Source: Acidobacteriota bacterium (GTDB lineage Bacteria; Acidobacteriota; Terriglobia; Bryobacterales; UBA6623). From it: a stretch of 60,303 nucleotides of DNA. The notes beneath the pieces were generated by a model. The model had not been told where the DNA came from, searched no databases, and was given only the letters and a program-made list of their open reading frames with translations. The position numbers were made by a program, and so were the translations under genes. Positions within the stretch are counted from its first letter, which is position 1. Every line of letters starts with the position of its first letter. This document shows, piece by piece, positions 18,303 through 28,650 of the stretch. The stretch lies in NCBI GenBank assembly GCA_027624045.1, contig JAQBUE010000004.1, positions 1 to 60,303 of the forward strand. Direction: 5' to 3'.

Positions 18303-19571
18303 ATGACGACCTCCGCCGATCCCGAACCGGTTGCGACCGAGATCACTGAGGCGATGACGCGCCGTAACGGCGGCATCTATCTGATCAGCTACATGCTGAT
18401 CTACCTGGCGGCGCCGGCGATCTACATCGGTATCGTGCAGGCTGCGTTGATCGATCAACTCGAGGCCAGCGCCACGATGGCGAATCTGCCGTTCTCGGCC
18501 TACAAGTTCGGCTCCTTCGCCCCCATCGTGGTCTCGTGGCTCGTACCCCACCGCTGGGAGAAACAGGTGATTGTTTGGGCCAACGTGATGACGGCGAGTG
18601 TGCTGACTCTCGTTTTCTTGACGCTCATACTGCCCGCGCCGACCTCGATTCGTATCGGCGCTCTGATCTTGCAGGGCCTATTCCAGGGGCTGTCAGGCTC
18701 GACTTCAATGATCTTCCAGTTGCAGTGCCTGACGCGAGGCACGACGAAGGAAGGCCGCATCCGGGTACTGAAGAAGACGTTCACGCTCACGCCGATTGCC
18801 GCTGTCGTTGGGTCGCTGGGCGCGCAGTGGCTGCTCGGTCCGCAATTCACGGGCCTCGACTTTCCGTATGACTTTGCGGCGGTCTACCTGATGGCCATCC
18901 CGTGTATTGCCGGGGTTGCCTTGATCAGCCGCCGTTACGACTTGGCGCCGCTGGCCGACGAGCCCCGGCGGCCTTTCTTTGGACATCTGATCGGCACAGT
19001 GAAGGACTTCGCCGCGTCCCGCTCGCTGACGTTAGCCTGGTTTGCCTACTGGCTTTGGTACTGCACGTTGGCGATCAAGCCGAACTTGTCGCTCTACGCC
19101 CGCGAGGCGATGAATGTCGACCCGCAAGATTACTCCGGAGTGATGATGGCGCTCAGCTTCGGATGCAAGGCGATCGGCGGCTTTGGCTTGGGCTGGCTGG
19201 CGCTGCGCTATGGACTGCGGGCAAGCGCGTTCACAACGTCGGCCCTGCTCGGCATCAGCGTCGTTTGGGCTTGGGGCGTCCCTGGCTTCGCCTACTTGGC
19301 GGCATTCGGATTTCAAGGAGCGGGCGAGCTGGGCGGGACGTATTTTCCGAACTTCGTCGCCGTACTCTCATCCGCCGGCGCGGGCACGCGCAATCTGGCG
19401 CTGATGCAGCTCGCGACGCCGGCGGCTAGTTGGGCCGCGGCGGCGCATGGCGGGTTGGTCGACGCCTGGGGCTTTCCGGCCAGCTTTATTTTCGGCCTCG
19501 CCGCAGCGGTGGTGTCGATGGGACTCGTCTTGTTGATTCACGAACGCGCCGGCGGCAAATCTAAGGCTTAG
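18303..19571 (+). CDS. MFS-type membrane transporter
   Basis: About 12 hydrophobic segments over 422 aa; GWLALRYG loop motif. Confidence 0.75.
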   Translation: MTTSADPEPVATEITEAMTRRNGGIYLISYMLIYLAAPAIYIGIVQAALIDQLEASATMANLPFSAYKFGSFAPIVVSWLVPHRWEKQVIVWANVMTASVLTLVFLTLILPAPTSIRIGALILQGLFQGLSGSTSMIFQLQCLTRGTTKEGRIRVLKKTFTLTPIAAVVGSLGAQWLLGPQFTGLDFPYDFAAVYLMAIPCIAGVALISRRYDLAPLADEPRRPFFGHLIGTVKDFAASRSLTLAWFAYWLWYCTLAIKPNLSLYAREAMNVDPQDYSGVMMALSFGCKAIGGFGLGWLALRYGLRASAFTTSALLGISVVWAWGVPGFAYLAAFGFQGAGELGGTYFPNFVAVLSSAGAGTRNLALMQLATPAASWAAAAHGGLVDAWGFPASFIFGLAAAVVSMGLVLLIHERAGGKSKA

Positions 19572-20566
19572 CTCAGCCCGTAAAGCTCGGCGGCGTTGCC
19601 CCAGAAGATGTCTTCGACCTGAGAATCGCTGAGACGCATCGTGCGGCAAGCGGTCTTCAGCACGCGCAACGATTCCAGCCCGACCAGCGCCGGCCGCAGA
19701 TCCGCGTAGGCTACGTGAAAGTTCGTGTTGGCTTCCGACAGCCACAGGAACGAATCACCGATCGCCACGCAACGGCCCCGTTCATGAGAGACAGGGAAGT
19801 CGCTGCCGTAAAGCAATCGGTCGTGTCCGAGCGCGTCGATGATCGCCTCGAAGGCGCCGCCGTCGGTCACGGCGCTCGTGTCGCACCAAACATTCCGCAG
19901 GCCGCGCAGCGAGCCGATGCCCTCGATGGTGTGATGCGGGTTGAACCCGCGCGCGGCGTGCGCCAGGATGAAGCGCATATTCGGATAGCGCTCGGCGAAA
20001 GTCCGGATGGTTTGCTGGTTGAGCGGGTCGGCCATGGCGCGGGCGCGCACCATGTGCAGCGTGATCGACAGCCCTTCTTCGTGAGCCACGCGGACGTGCT
20101 CTTCGGGCAGAAAACTCTCGACTGTGGCATCGAATGTCGGTTGCTGGGTCGCCCAGACGTGATAGCACTTCAGCCCGGCGAAGCCCTCACGGCGGACCGT
20201 TTCGCGAATGAACTCAGGGTCCATGCCGGGGCGAATTAGCATTTGAGCCCGTGACTGATTGTCGGCGCGAACTTCTTGAGCGAGGAAGGCGTTTGCCGCG
20301 TCCATGTCGAGCTCGGCGTGAGGAAAGCCGAAGAACAGCCCCGAGTAGCGGCGGCCGGGCGTGAGTTCGCTCATCGCCTGGAGATACGACGCTAAGCCCA
20401 CCGAATCGGGTCCGGCGGCGACAATCGCGGGCGAGGCAGCCTGAAAGTGAGCCTTTGCGTAGAGATGGGCGTGGGCGTCGAAGATGCGGTCGGGGACGAA
20501 CGTACTCAGCTCGCGCTCAAACAGCTCGAGGTCGTGATCTTGGGCATCCCACACAGAAGCGGTCAT
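19568..20566 (-). CDS. Amidohydrolase family 2 protein
   Basis: FDAHAH, GLKCYH, LAHAARG, DTS, LYGSDFP. Confidence 0.88.
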   Translation of the reverse strand: MTASVWDAQDHDLELFERELSTFVPDRIFDAHAHLYAKAHFQAASPAIVAAGPDSVGLASYLQAMSELTPGRRYSGLFFGFPHAELDMDAANAFLAQEVRADNQSRAQMLIRPGMDPEFIRETVRREGFAGLKCYHVWATQQPTFDATVESFLPEEHVRVAHEEGLSITLHMVRARAMADPLNQQTIRTFAERYPNMRFILAHAARGFNPHHTIEGIGSLRGLRNVWCDTSAVTDGGAFEAIIDALGHDRLLYGSDFPVSHERGRCVAIGDSFLWLSEANTNFHVAYADLRPALVGLESLRVLKTACRTMRLSDSQVEDIFWGNAAELYGLS

Positions 20567-20582
20567 TCTCGCTCGTCCCCTT

Positions 20583-21962
20583 TCACTCGTTCTCGCGGCA
20601 TTGATTCTCGCCGATCTGGTTGTCTGACAAGCTGAGGCCGGGTGCGGCCGCGATGCACGCTGACTGCATCCCGAGCCCGGTAATCACGTTGGCCTTGATG
20701 ACGTTGTCGCGTGTATCCGCAGGGCGCTCGGCGCGCTTGCCGAGATAGATGCCGGTGCGAAGCAAGGCGGGCTCGTCGGGCCAGTAATTGCAGCGCGGGT
20801 CGGCTGACGCTTCGCGGCAACCGACGCGATTGAGATTCAGAAACTGGTTGCCGCGCACCTCGTGGCGGCTGCCGATCAAGAACAGCCCACCATAGACCGC
20901 ACCGTCGATAACGTTACCGGTGATCTTGATTTCGACGGACTCCATATCGGGGTTGGCATTGTTCATGATAATGCCGAAATGGCCGAGCGGATAGTCTTCA
21001 AGCGGCCCTTTGTTGACACAGCGGTTGTCGCGGATCTCGCCATGGTGGAACCCATCGAGGTCGATGCACTTGCCATTGAAATCTTCGAACGTGTTCTCGG
21101 CATAGATGGTTTCGTCGGTGTTGCCCGAAGTATCGATCGCGACGGGAAAGCCCTGCCCTTCGATGTCAACCTCTTCGTTGGGATAGCCAATCTTCGAGCC
21201 GCGATTGCGCAAGACCTGAATGCGGGTGGCGTGCCCGACCTGGATGGCGTCGCGCGCGGTCATGCGAAACGTATTGCCCTCGATCAGACCGTCGGAGTTG
21301 CGTGGGGATTCGTAACGCGAGTGCGTCCAGACACCGTTGCCGCGCACATTGTCGAAGACCGAGTCGCGAACCACGAAGTCAGAAGTTCCGTTCTCGAGCA
21401 AGATGCCGCCGGAAGCGTTGTTGCGGCCTTTTTCGTTGAGCGACCCGGAGTCACGGATGCTCACGTTTTCGATGACCACTCCCTTCCCCGCGTTGACGAT
21501 GATGGGATAGTTCGCGATCTCGGCGAAGGTCACGTCGTTGATGCCGAGATCCTGAACATCTTCAAACACCATGCCATTGTTCGAATAGAAATCAAGGAAG
21601 GTGACATTCGACGGCGGCAGGCCGATCCGTTCGTCAACGGAGGCGCGGTGGCCTTCGATCGTGAACCCTGACAGCGTGATCTTGCTCGCCGAACGGAACA
21701 CGAAGACTGCCTTGCCGGCGAAGCGAGGGGTGACGCGGAGGGTCGTGCCCGAGGGGTCGCCGATGATCTCAAGCTCTTGCGCGCCGCTTGGGATTTCGAT
21801 CGGCTCGGAGATCTCGATCACGCCTGGCGCGAGCCGCACCACACCCGTTCCCGCGGCCACGGCCTGGCGAAGTTGGCCCGCGTCTGGAATGCCGCCGCCA
21901 CAAGCGGCTAGTGCCAGCAGCAAGACCGCTGGGACCGCCGCGCAACGTGTCTTGCGGTTCAA
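20583..21962 (-). CDS. Right-handed parallel beta-helix lipoprotein (pectin-lyase-like fold)
   Basis: Lipobox ALAAC; repeated I.GN.F/I..N patterns. Confidence 0.8.
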   Translation of the reverse strand: MNRKTRCAAVPAVLLLALAACGGGIPDAGQLRQAVAAGTGVVRLAPGVIEISEPIEIPSGAQELEIIGDPSGTTLRVTPRFAGKAVFVFRSASKITLSGFTIEGHRASVDERIGLPPSNVTFLDFYSNNGMVFEDVQDLGINDVTFAEIANYPIIVNAGKGVVIENVSIRDSGSLNEKGRNNASGGILLENGTSDFVVRDSVFDNVRGNGVWTHSRYESPRNSDGLIEGNTFRMTARDAIQVGHATRIQVLRNRGSKIGYPNEEVDIEGQGFPVAIDTSGNTDETIYAENTFEDFNGKCIDLDGFHHGEIRDNRCVNKGPLEDYPLGHFGIIMNNANPDMESVEIKITGNVIDGAVYGGLFLIGSRHEVRGNQFLNLNRVGCREASADPRCNYWPDEPALLRTGIYLGKRAERPADTRDNVIKANVITGLGMQSACIAAAPGLSLSDNQIGENQCRENE

Positions 21963-23188
21963 GGGCGCTCCCCGTTTGCGGCCGATCGCGGCAGCCCTTT
22001 GAGGCGGCTCTTCACCATTTCCTGGATATCTTGATGAATGCGCCCCGCCAGCTTCAGGTTCACTTCGTCGAAGACGTGGATGCCATCCCAGTAGTAGTCC
22101 CCGGGCGGCTCGAGATACTCGCCGATGTTCATGAAGATGGCGCCAGGGTGCTCGACGCGCATTTCTTCCACACGCCGGCCGGCTTCGTCGTAGAGAGCGA
22201 TAAAGGCGTCGGTATAGTTAGCGGCCAACTGTTCGTTGCCGAAGAAGCCGCGGTTGAGTTCATCGATGGTAAACGCGCGGTTCGTTCCGCTGGTCGCTTG
22301 CAGCACGAATACGGGCTGGAAACCGTAGACCTTCGAAAGATCGATCACCATCCGCCAATTGGACAGGTACGAATCGACGAAGCTTTTCACGAACTCGGGA
22401 TCGTCGAGGATGTCTTCCGCGTCCATCGCGTAAGGGCCCCGGCCCATGGCTTTCGCCACCGTGTTGGTGGTGGTTGCGGTCTCATCGGCGCCTCGCAAGT
22501 TTTCGCGAACGGCGGCGTAGAGGTAGCTGCGGTTCAAGATCAGGCTGAACAGCGATTCGTCGTAAGCGGCGCGATAGGCGTCCCAAGCTTCCTGCATGGT
22601 CTGAAAGTTGTAGGGGAAGTTCGGCCGCGCTTCATACATCAAAGGCAAGCCGAGATCGTTGTGTCCGTCGTAGAAGATGACGATGTCGGGGTGATAGTTC
22701 ACGACGGTGAACATCAAGTGAACGACGGCTTGGCGCGCGATTGACGATTGGATACCGGCGTTGATGACTTCGATGTCGTAGCCGGGATGCTCTTTGTGAA
22801 GGACTGTCTTCAGCGAACCGGGCAGAGTTGATTCGAATTCACTTGCGATCTCGACGGTCGAGCCGCCCAGCATGGCGACGCGCAACTGCCCCGGCGGCTT
22901 TTGCTTCGGCAGCTTGTAGTCAGGAGAAACGATGCGGAGCCCGTCTTCGTTCGTGTAGTGATGCACCGTCTTGGTATGGCGCGACATCTTGAACGTTTCG
23001 TCGCTCAGATACCGCAAGTTCGCCGGCGGCCGGAACATCACGTACGGATACAGGGTGTTGTAGAACGGCAGATTCCATTTGGGGCCGCCGGTTGAAGCGA
23101 GGTAAACTTCCGCGAGAATCAGCGCCGCGGCGAACGAGCCCGCCACGATGGCCGAGTAACGCCACAATCCTTTGCTACCGATACTCAT
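21959..23188 (-). CDS. Membrane-anchored SGNH/GDSL hydrolase
   Basis: N-terminal TM helix; LGGST, INAG, YDGHND, WDGIH blocks. Start placed at ATG 23188. Confidence 0.82.
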   Translation of the reverse strand: MSIGSKGLWRYSAIVAGSFAAALILAEVYLASTGGPKWNLPFYNTLYPYVMFRPPANLRYLSDETFKMSRHTKTVHHYTNEDGLRIVSPDYKLPKQKPPGQLRVAMLGGSTVEIASEFESTLPGSLKTVLHKEHPGYDIEVINAGIQSSIARQAVVHLMFTVVNYHPDIVIFYDGHNDLGLPLMYEARPNFPYNFQTMQEAWDAYRAAYDESLFSLILNRSYLYAAVRENLRGADETATTTNTVAKAMGRGPYAMDAEDILDDPEFVKSFVDSYLSNWRMVIDLSKVYGFQPVFVLQATSGTNRAFTIDELNRGFFGNEQLAANYTDAFIALYDEAGRRVEEMRVEHPGAIFMNIGEYLEPPGDYYWDGIHVFDEVNLKLAGRIHQDIQEMVKSRLKGLPRSAANGERP

Positions 23189-23263
23189 CGCGTGCGGCCT
23201 GCCGTCTGGGAATGAAGAAGCCGTAAATTGCTTTGCCGAGGATGCTCTGATAGCGTGACCGGT

Positions 23264-24631
23264 ATGGCTCGCGTCGGCGCCAATGACCCCAGCACTCGCG
23301 ACCATTGGCGCGATCTAGCGAAGGACTTCTCTCAAGGCGGATGGTATCACAGCATCGAACTGCCCGACGGGCAGGTGCTGCAGGGCCTTTTGAGCATCGA
23401 GCAGCAAAAGCGGCGACTCGAATATTTCCCCCTGCCGCGGGACCTATCGGGCAAACGCGTGCTCGATATCGGCACTTGGGACGGCTGGTATGCCTTCGAG
23501 ATGGAGCGGCGCGGTGCCGAAGTCATGGCGATCGACAATGTCGAGCAGCCGGCCTTTCACGTGGCGCGTGACCGGCTGAACTCGAAGGTCGAGTACCGCG
23601 TCATGAGCGTCTACGACATCTCGCCTGACGCCATCGGCCGTTTCGACATCGTGCTGTTTTTTGGCGTGCTCTACCACCTGAAGCATCCGTTGTTGGGGCT
23701 CGAGAAAGTTTGCTCGGTTACGAATGACATGGCGTTTGTCGAATCGTACGTCACCGATGAAGCGGCCGGCGGCCCCACGGTGATGGAGTTCTACGAAACC
23801 GACGAACTCGCCACCCAACTCGATAACTGGGTCGGCCCGACGGCGGAATGTCTACTGGCGCTATGCCGCACGGCGGGCTTTCCACGGGTCGAGCCGAGCG
23901 AGATTGTCGAGCAGCGCGCCCATGTCATCTGTAGGCGGCAATGGGAGGCGGTCCCAGAGGGACTGACGGTGGCCGCGCCCCGTATCCATCGCGCGGTGAA
24001 CGGCCTGACACAGCAGCGCACAACTTCGTCGAAGCATGACGACTACCTGACGGCTTGGTTCGACTCAGAAGAGGAAAGCCTGGCGGTCAGCGATGTTTTC
24101 CCCGAGGTCGCCGGCTATGGCGTGCGGCCGCTCTATGTGACGCAGGGGGCGGCCACAACAGAGGCGGTCAAACAGGGGGAAGCCCGGACTTGGCAAGCGG
24201 ACTTCATGGTCCCGAAGGGTATAGACCCCGGTAGACATGGGGTCCGGATTCGAACAAAGAACAGCCCTTACAGCGAGCCCGTGGAGATTTACGTCGACCA
24301 GGAAGAGCCGGTGGCCCGGCCGGAATTACTCAAGCTGGTGGGCGTCGCCGATGCGAAGACGTTTGACGCGAATCGCGTGGTGTTCGCGAATGAGATGTGG
24401 GCGTCGCTGTGGGTACGCGGATTACCCGGCCGTATCTTGCGCGAGCACGTGAAGGTGATGCTCGGAAGCGCCTGCCTTTCGGTCGATTTTCTTTCGGAGC
24501 GGGATGATGAAGGACTGCAGCAACTGAACGTACGCCTGCCCCCTAGTAGTATTCCCGGCGCGTACAAAGTGGCGGTGCGGTGCGGGGGAGTGGAGTCGGA
24601 ACGGGTGGACCTGGAAGTGGTTGGCGCCTAG
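23264..24631 (+). CDS. SAM-dependent methyltransferase (DUF1698/CmoB-like) with C-terminal Ig-like extension
   Basis: WYHSIEL, VLDIGTWDG, FDIVLFFGVLYHLKHP; beta-rich C-terminus ending QLNVRLP...G.Y.V.V. Confidence 0.8.
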   Translation: MARVGANDPSTRDHWRDLAKDFSQGGWYHSIELPDGQVLQGLLSIEQQKRRLEYFPLPRDLSGKRVLDIGTWDGWYAFEMERRGAEVMAIDNVEQPAFHVARDRLNSKVEYRVMSVYDISPDAIGRFDIVLFFGVLYHLKHPLLGLEKVCSVTNDMAFVESYVTDEAAGGPTVMEFYETDELATQLDNWVGPTAECLLALCRTAGFPRVEPSEIVEQRAHVICRRQWEAVPEGLTVAAPRIHRAVNGLTQQRTTSSKHDDYLTAWFDSEEESLAVSDVFPEVAGYGVRPLYVTQGAATTEAVKQGEARTWQADFMVPKGIDPGRHGVRIRTKNSPYSEPVEIYVDQEEPVARPELLKLVGVADAKTFDANRVVFANEMWASLWVRGLPGRILREHVKVMLGSACLSVDFLSERDDEGLQQLNVRLPPSSIPGAYKVAVRCGGVESERVDLEVVGA

Positions 24632-24636
24632 CCAAC

Positions 24637-24660
24637 GGGCACGGCATGCCGCGCCCCTAC
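24637..24660 (-). repeat. GTAG-type REP palindrome
   Basis: Minus strand GTAGGGGCGCGGCATGCCGTGCCC between convergent genes. Confidence 0.65.
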
Positions 24661-25868
24661 TTTTCCAGGGATGTTTCAACTACGAGCTGGATCTCTTCGT
24701 AAATGCGGTCGGCCAGCTTGCGGTTGGTTTCGTCGTAGACATGGACTAGATCCCAGAAGTGGTCTTGCGAAGGTGTAAGGTAGCTTCTGAGGTTGAGGAT
24801 GGCGCGGTCTGGTTGCTCTGACTTGAGCTGCTCGATCTGCTTGTCAGACTCTTCGTAGAGGACGGCGAACGCGTCGATCCACTCGTTCGCGACCTCCTCT
24901 TCCAGCCCGAAATCGCGCATCGTTAGGGGCAAGGCGTAGTCCCTTTCAAGCCCCCCGGTGGGCTGCAGAATACAGACGGGAACGTAGTGGAAAGCTTCTG
25001 ACAACTCGATGAGCTGCCGCCAGTTCGAGAGATAGGCCGCGATGTGTTGCTCGACGAACTCGGGAGTGTACATCACGTAATCGGGAGTCACGGCGTTGGG
25101 CGCTTTATTGAGCCCGAGGACAACGGTGTTGGCCGATGTCGTCTCGCCGGGGTCGCCGAACTGCGCCCGCAACGTGGCATAAACGCGGCTGCGATTCAGC
25201 AAAAGTTGCCAGAGAGGCTGTTCGTAATCCTGACGGTAGTCGTCCCAAGCTTCTTGCATCGTCTGGAAGTTGTAAGGGAAGTTAGCGCGCGACTCGTACG
25301 TAAGCGGGAGTCCGATATCGTTGACACCGTCGTAGAGGATGACGATGTCAGGCTCATAAGGTAGGAGGGTGAATACCAGCTGCATGATCGATTGGCGCGA
25401 CACGGAGGACTGAATGCCGGCGTTGATGACCTCGATATCGCGGCCGGGGTAGCGCTCGCGCAGCACAGCCCGCAACGCACCCGGAAGCGTGGTCTCGTAA
25501 CTGCTTCCGAGTTCCACGGCCGAGGAGCCCAGGAAGGCGATGCGCAGTTGGCCCTCGGGTTTTGATTTGGGGATTTGGTACTCCGCTGAGGGTACGCGGA
25601 AGCCATCAGCGTTGGTGTAGTGCAGGATGCGCCGGGCGTTGTGCGACATCACGTGCGTGTCGGGCGTTTCGTAGACGGTGTCGGCGTGTGGGCGGAACAT
25701 CACATACGGATAAAGTTCGTTGTAAAACGGCAGCGTGAGGCGCGACGAAGCCTGATACGAGAGATAGGCTTCGGCGAGCAGCAGCGCCGCCAGGGCGGAG
25801 CCCAGCAGAATGACCATGTACTGAAAACTGGAGGCGCCGCGCGCGCTACTTAGGAATGGGCGGCTCAT
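24657..25868 (-). CDS. Membrane-anchored SGNH/GDSL hydrolase (paralogue of 21959-23188)
   Basis: LGSS, INAGIQS, YDGVND, WDLVH; shares LPFYN.LYPYVMFRP and NFPYNFQTMQEAWD. Confidence 0.82.
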   Translation of the reverse strand: MSRPFLSSARGASSFQYMVILLGSALAALLLAEAYLSYQASSRLTLPFYNELYPYVMFRPHADTVYETPDTHVMSHNARRILHYTNADGFRVPSAEYQIPKSKPEGQLRIAFLGSSAVELGSSYETTLPGALRAVLRERYPGRDIEVINAGIQSSVSRQSIMQLVFTLLPYEPDIVILYDGVNDIGLPLTYESRANFPYNFQTMQEAWDDYRQDYEQPLWQLLLNRSRVYATLRAQFGDPGETTSANTVVLGLNKAPNAVTPDYVMYTPEFVEQHIAAYLSNWRQLIELSEAFHYVPVCILQPTGGLERDYALPLTMRDFGLEEEVANEWIDAFAVLYEESDKQIEQLKSEQPDRAILNLRSYLTPSQDHFWDLVHVYDETNRKLADRIYEEIQLVVETSLEK

Positions 25869-26011
25869 GCCGGGCTTGCGGAGACACCACGGGAACACGA
25901 AAAAGTGCGCTCCGGCGAAGGCAAACCGCAGTATACAATGATGGGCCATGCGCCTCCAGTAAATCGCAACCCGATCCCCTGGAGGCCGTCAACGAACGAG
26001 GAGCACAGGAC

Positions 26012-26857
26012 ATGATTGTCGATTGCCATAGCCATATCTGGGAGTATCCCGGTCACGTTAGCGATGCATTTGTGGAGGAGGCCCACTCGCGAGCCAGGGG
26101 CGCCAAGATGGACCTGCACGTGCCTCCGGAACGCCACATGGCCGCCATGGACGGCGTTGACAAAGTGATCGTTTTCGGCCTGCGCGCCGCGAGCTCGGGC
26201 CTGATGGTTCCCAACGAATACATTGCTGACTACCAGAATCAGCACCCGGAAAAAGTGATCGGTTTCGCCGCGGTCGACCCCACGGTGGATAAGGTCCGCG
26301 ACACGCTGGAGCAAAGCGTGAAGCTCGGCTTGAAGGGCGTGAAGATAGGGCCGATCTACCAGAACATCCATCCGACCGACAACCGCATGATGCCTGTGTA
26401 TGAGTTCTGCGAGGCGCATAAGCTGCCGATCATGATCCACCAGGGGACGACGTTTCCGACGAAAGCGCCGCTCAAGTATTCGCTGCCGATTCTGCTCGAA
26501 GATGTGGCGCTGCAGTTCCCGGACCTGAAGATGATCATTGCCCACCTCGGGCATCCCTGGATGGAGGACACGATCGTCATGATCCGCAAGCAGCCGAATT
26601 TCTTCTCGGATATTTCGGCGCTGCACTATCGGCCGTGGCAGTTTTTCAACGGCTTGATGCTGGCCAAGGAGTACGGCGTTTGGGACAAGCTGCTCTACGG
26701 CACTGACTTCCCGTTCACCACGACGCCCGCGACCTTGGACGCGCTGCGCAACATCAACAAGATGGTGGAGGGAACGGGCTTGCCTCGATTTACCGAAGAG
26801 GAGATCGAGAGTTTAATTCACAGTCCGACGCTGGAGCTGCTGGGGCTGGACTCCTAA
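26012..26857 (+). CDS. Amidohydrolase family 2 protein
   Basis: IVDCHSH, GVKIGP, IHQG, AHLGHP, DIS, YGTDFP; ATG after GAGGAG. Confidence 0.9.
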   Translation: MIVDCHSHIWEYPGHVSDAFVEEAHSRARGAKMDLHVPPERHMAAMDGVDKVIVFGLRAASSGLMVPNEYIADYQNQHPEKVIGFAAVDPTVDKVRDTLEQSVKLGLKGVKIGPIYQNIHPTDNRMMPVYEFCEAHKLPIMIHQGTTFPTKAPLKYSLPILLEDVALQFPDLKMIIAHLGHPWMEDTIVMIRKQPNFFSDISALHYRPWQFFNGLMLAKEYGVWDKLLYGTDFPFTTTPATLDALRNINKMVEGTGLPRFTEEEIESLIHSPTLELLGLDS

Positions 26858-27291
26858 GTCTTCGCGTCGAGTTTCGGTCTGAGTTCCTGTTCGTAAAGTT
26901 CGCTGAAGCGGGTCTTGATGCCATCGCGGCACGCTTGGAACACCCCGAGGATCTGCTCATCGGTTCCGCTGGCATTGGCGGGATCGGGGAAGCCGATGTG
27001 CATGCGCTTGCCGACTTGGCCGCCGAAGACGGGGCAGTTCTGCTCGGCGTCGCCGCAAACGGTAATGACGTAGTCAATGGGCTGATCGAGGAACGGATCG
27101 ACATGTTTGGGATAGCCGCCGGAGATGTCGACACCGACCTCTTGCATAACGCGGATGGCGGTGGGGTTGACCTGGGCTGAGGGGTGAGTCCCGGCGGAGT
27201 GAACCTCCAGGCGGTGGTCGAGAGACTTCAGCAGGCCTTCAGCCATTTGGCTACGGCAGGAATTTCCCGTACAGAGGACGAGGACTTTCAT
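26854..27291 (-). CDS. arsC: Thioredoxin-coupled arsenate reductase (LMW-PTP fold)
   Basis: LCTGNSCRSQMAEG, TVC...CP, DP. Confidence 0.9.
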   Translation of the reverse strand: MKVLVLCTGNSCRSQMAEGLLKSLDHRLEVHSAGTHPSAQVNPTAIRVMQEVGVDISGGYPKHVDPFLDQPIDYVITVCGDAEQNCPVFGGQVGKRMHIGFPDPANASGTDEQILGVFQACRDGIKTRFSELYEQELRPKLDAKT

Positions 27292-27297
27292 GGTTGC

Positions 27298-28506
27298 TCA
27301 CGGATTCTGCGATTTCGGTGGCCGGCTAACGCAGCGTTCTTCGACGAGGGCCTGGATCTCGCCGGGAGTGTAGTTGAGTTCGGTGAGGATCTCAGAGGTG
27401 TGCTCGCCGGGTTGTGGCGCGGGGCGGCTGGGTTGGGGACGTTCGCCATCGAAACGGAGGGGGAAGGCAACTTCCCGGTAGTTGGGGATGCGCGGATGCG
27501 GAACGGGATCGAGGATTCCCGCCGCGGCGACTTGGGGGTCGCGAACAACTTGAGAGACGTCTTGGATGGGAGAGTAGGGGACGCGGTGTTTCTCGAGCAG
27601 CGTGCGGAGCGCGGCGGTGGTGTGCTTGCGCGTGCTAGAGGCGACGATACCCGTGAGTTCCTGGCGGTGGGAGACGCGCTCAGGATTTGTCGCGAAACGC
27701 GGATCGGCGGCAAGTTCGGGGACTCCGAGTGCTTCGCAGAGGCGGACGAAGATGCCGTCATTGCCGGCAAGGATCATCAGGTCGCCGTCTTGCGTCGGGA
27801 AAGCTTCGTAGGGAGCAACCATCGAGAATCCCGATCCGGCGCGGTGCGGGAGTTCGCCGCCCGCTAGATAGCCGGTGAGGTGGTAGCTGATCCAGACGAG
27901 GGAGGTGGCGAGGAGGGAGGATTCGACGTGCATCCCTTGGCCGGTTTGGTCGCGCTCGCGAAGGGCGGCGAGGATGCCGAGGGCGGTCCACATGCCGGTG
28001 CCGATGTCGACGACCGCGCCGCCGACACGGGCGGGCGGGCCGTCAGGATAGCCGGTCATCGACATGATGCCGCTATAGGCCTGGATGAGGGGATCGTAGC
28101 CGGGCGTTTCGCTCAAGGGACCTTCGGCTCCGAAGCCGGTGATCGAGGCGTAGATCAACTCGGGCCGGCGGGCGCGGAGTTTCTCGTGTCCGAAGCCGAG
28201 CGATTCGATGACGCCTTTGCGAAATGACTGCACGAAGATGTCGGCTGACTCGATGAGGCGTTCGAGAACCTGGCGGCCGCCACTGGATTTGAGGTCGAGG
28301 GTGATGCTGCGCTTGTTGCGGTTTCCAGAAAGAAACAGCGGTGCTTCGCCCTCCCAGAAGGGAGGCCCCCAGGCACGCGCGGGATCGCCGGACAGGGGTT
28401 CAACTTTGATGACGTCGGCGCCGAGATCGCCCAAGATCTGGGCGCATTGAGGGCCGGCGAGGTTTTGGGAAACGTCGATGACGCGGATGCCTTGCAGGGT
28501 TTTCAA
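27298..28506 (-). CDS. CaiB/BaiF family III CoA-transferase
   Basis: LGADVIKVE, NRNKRSI.LDLK, SITGFG, GYD, GEHT. Confidence 0.93.
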   Translation of the reverse strand: MKTLQGIRVIDVSQNLAGPQCAQILGDLGADVIKVEPLSGDPARAWGPPFWEGEAPLFLSGNRNKRSITLDLKSSGGRQVLERLIESADIFVQSFRKGVIESLGFGHEKLRARRPELIYASITGFGAEGPLSETPGYDPLIQAYSGIMSMTGYPDGPPARVGGAVVDIGTGMWTALGILAALRERDQTGQGMHVESSLLATSLVWISYHLTGYLAGGELPHRAGSGFSMVAPYEAFPTQDGDLMILAGNDGIFVRLCEALGVPELAADPRFATNPERVSHRQELTGIVASSTRKHTTAALRTLLEKHRVPYSPIQDVSQVVRDPQVAAAGILDPVPHPRIPNYREVAFPLRFDGERPQPSRPAPQPGEHTSEILTELNYTPGEIQALVEERCVSRPPKSQNP

Positions 28507-28650
28507 GGTATCAACGTACTACAGTCGGGCGACCCGGAGGCGTGGCAAGCCTGCATGTACCAGACCGTTCCAGGATATGGATCTGGTCACACGCTTCCCG
28601 GTACCTAGCGAAAGGCCGAACGACGGGAGTTCCTGTATGATTATCTGGTC

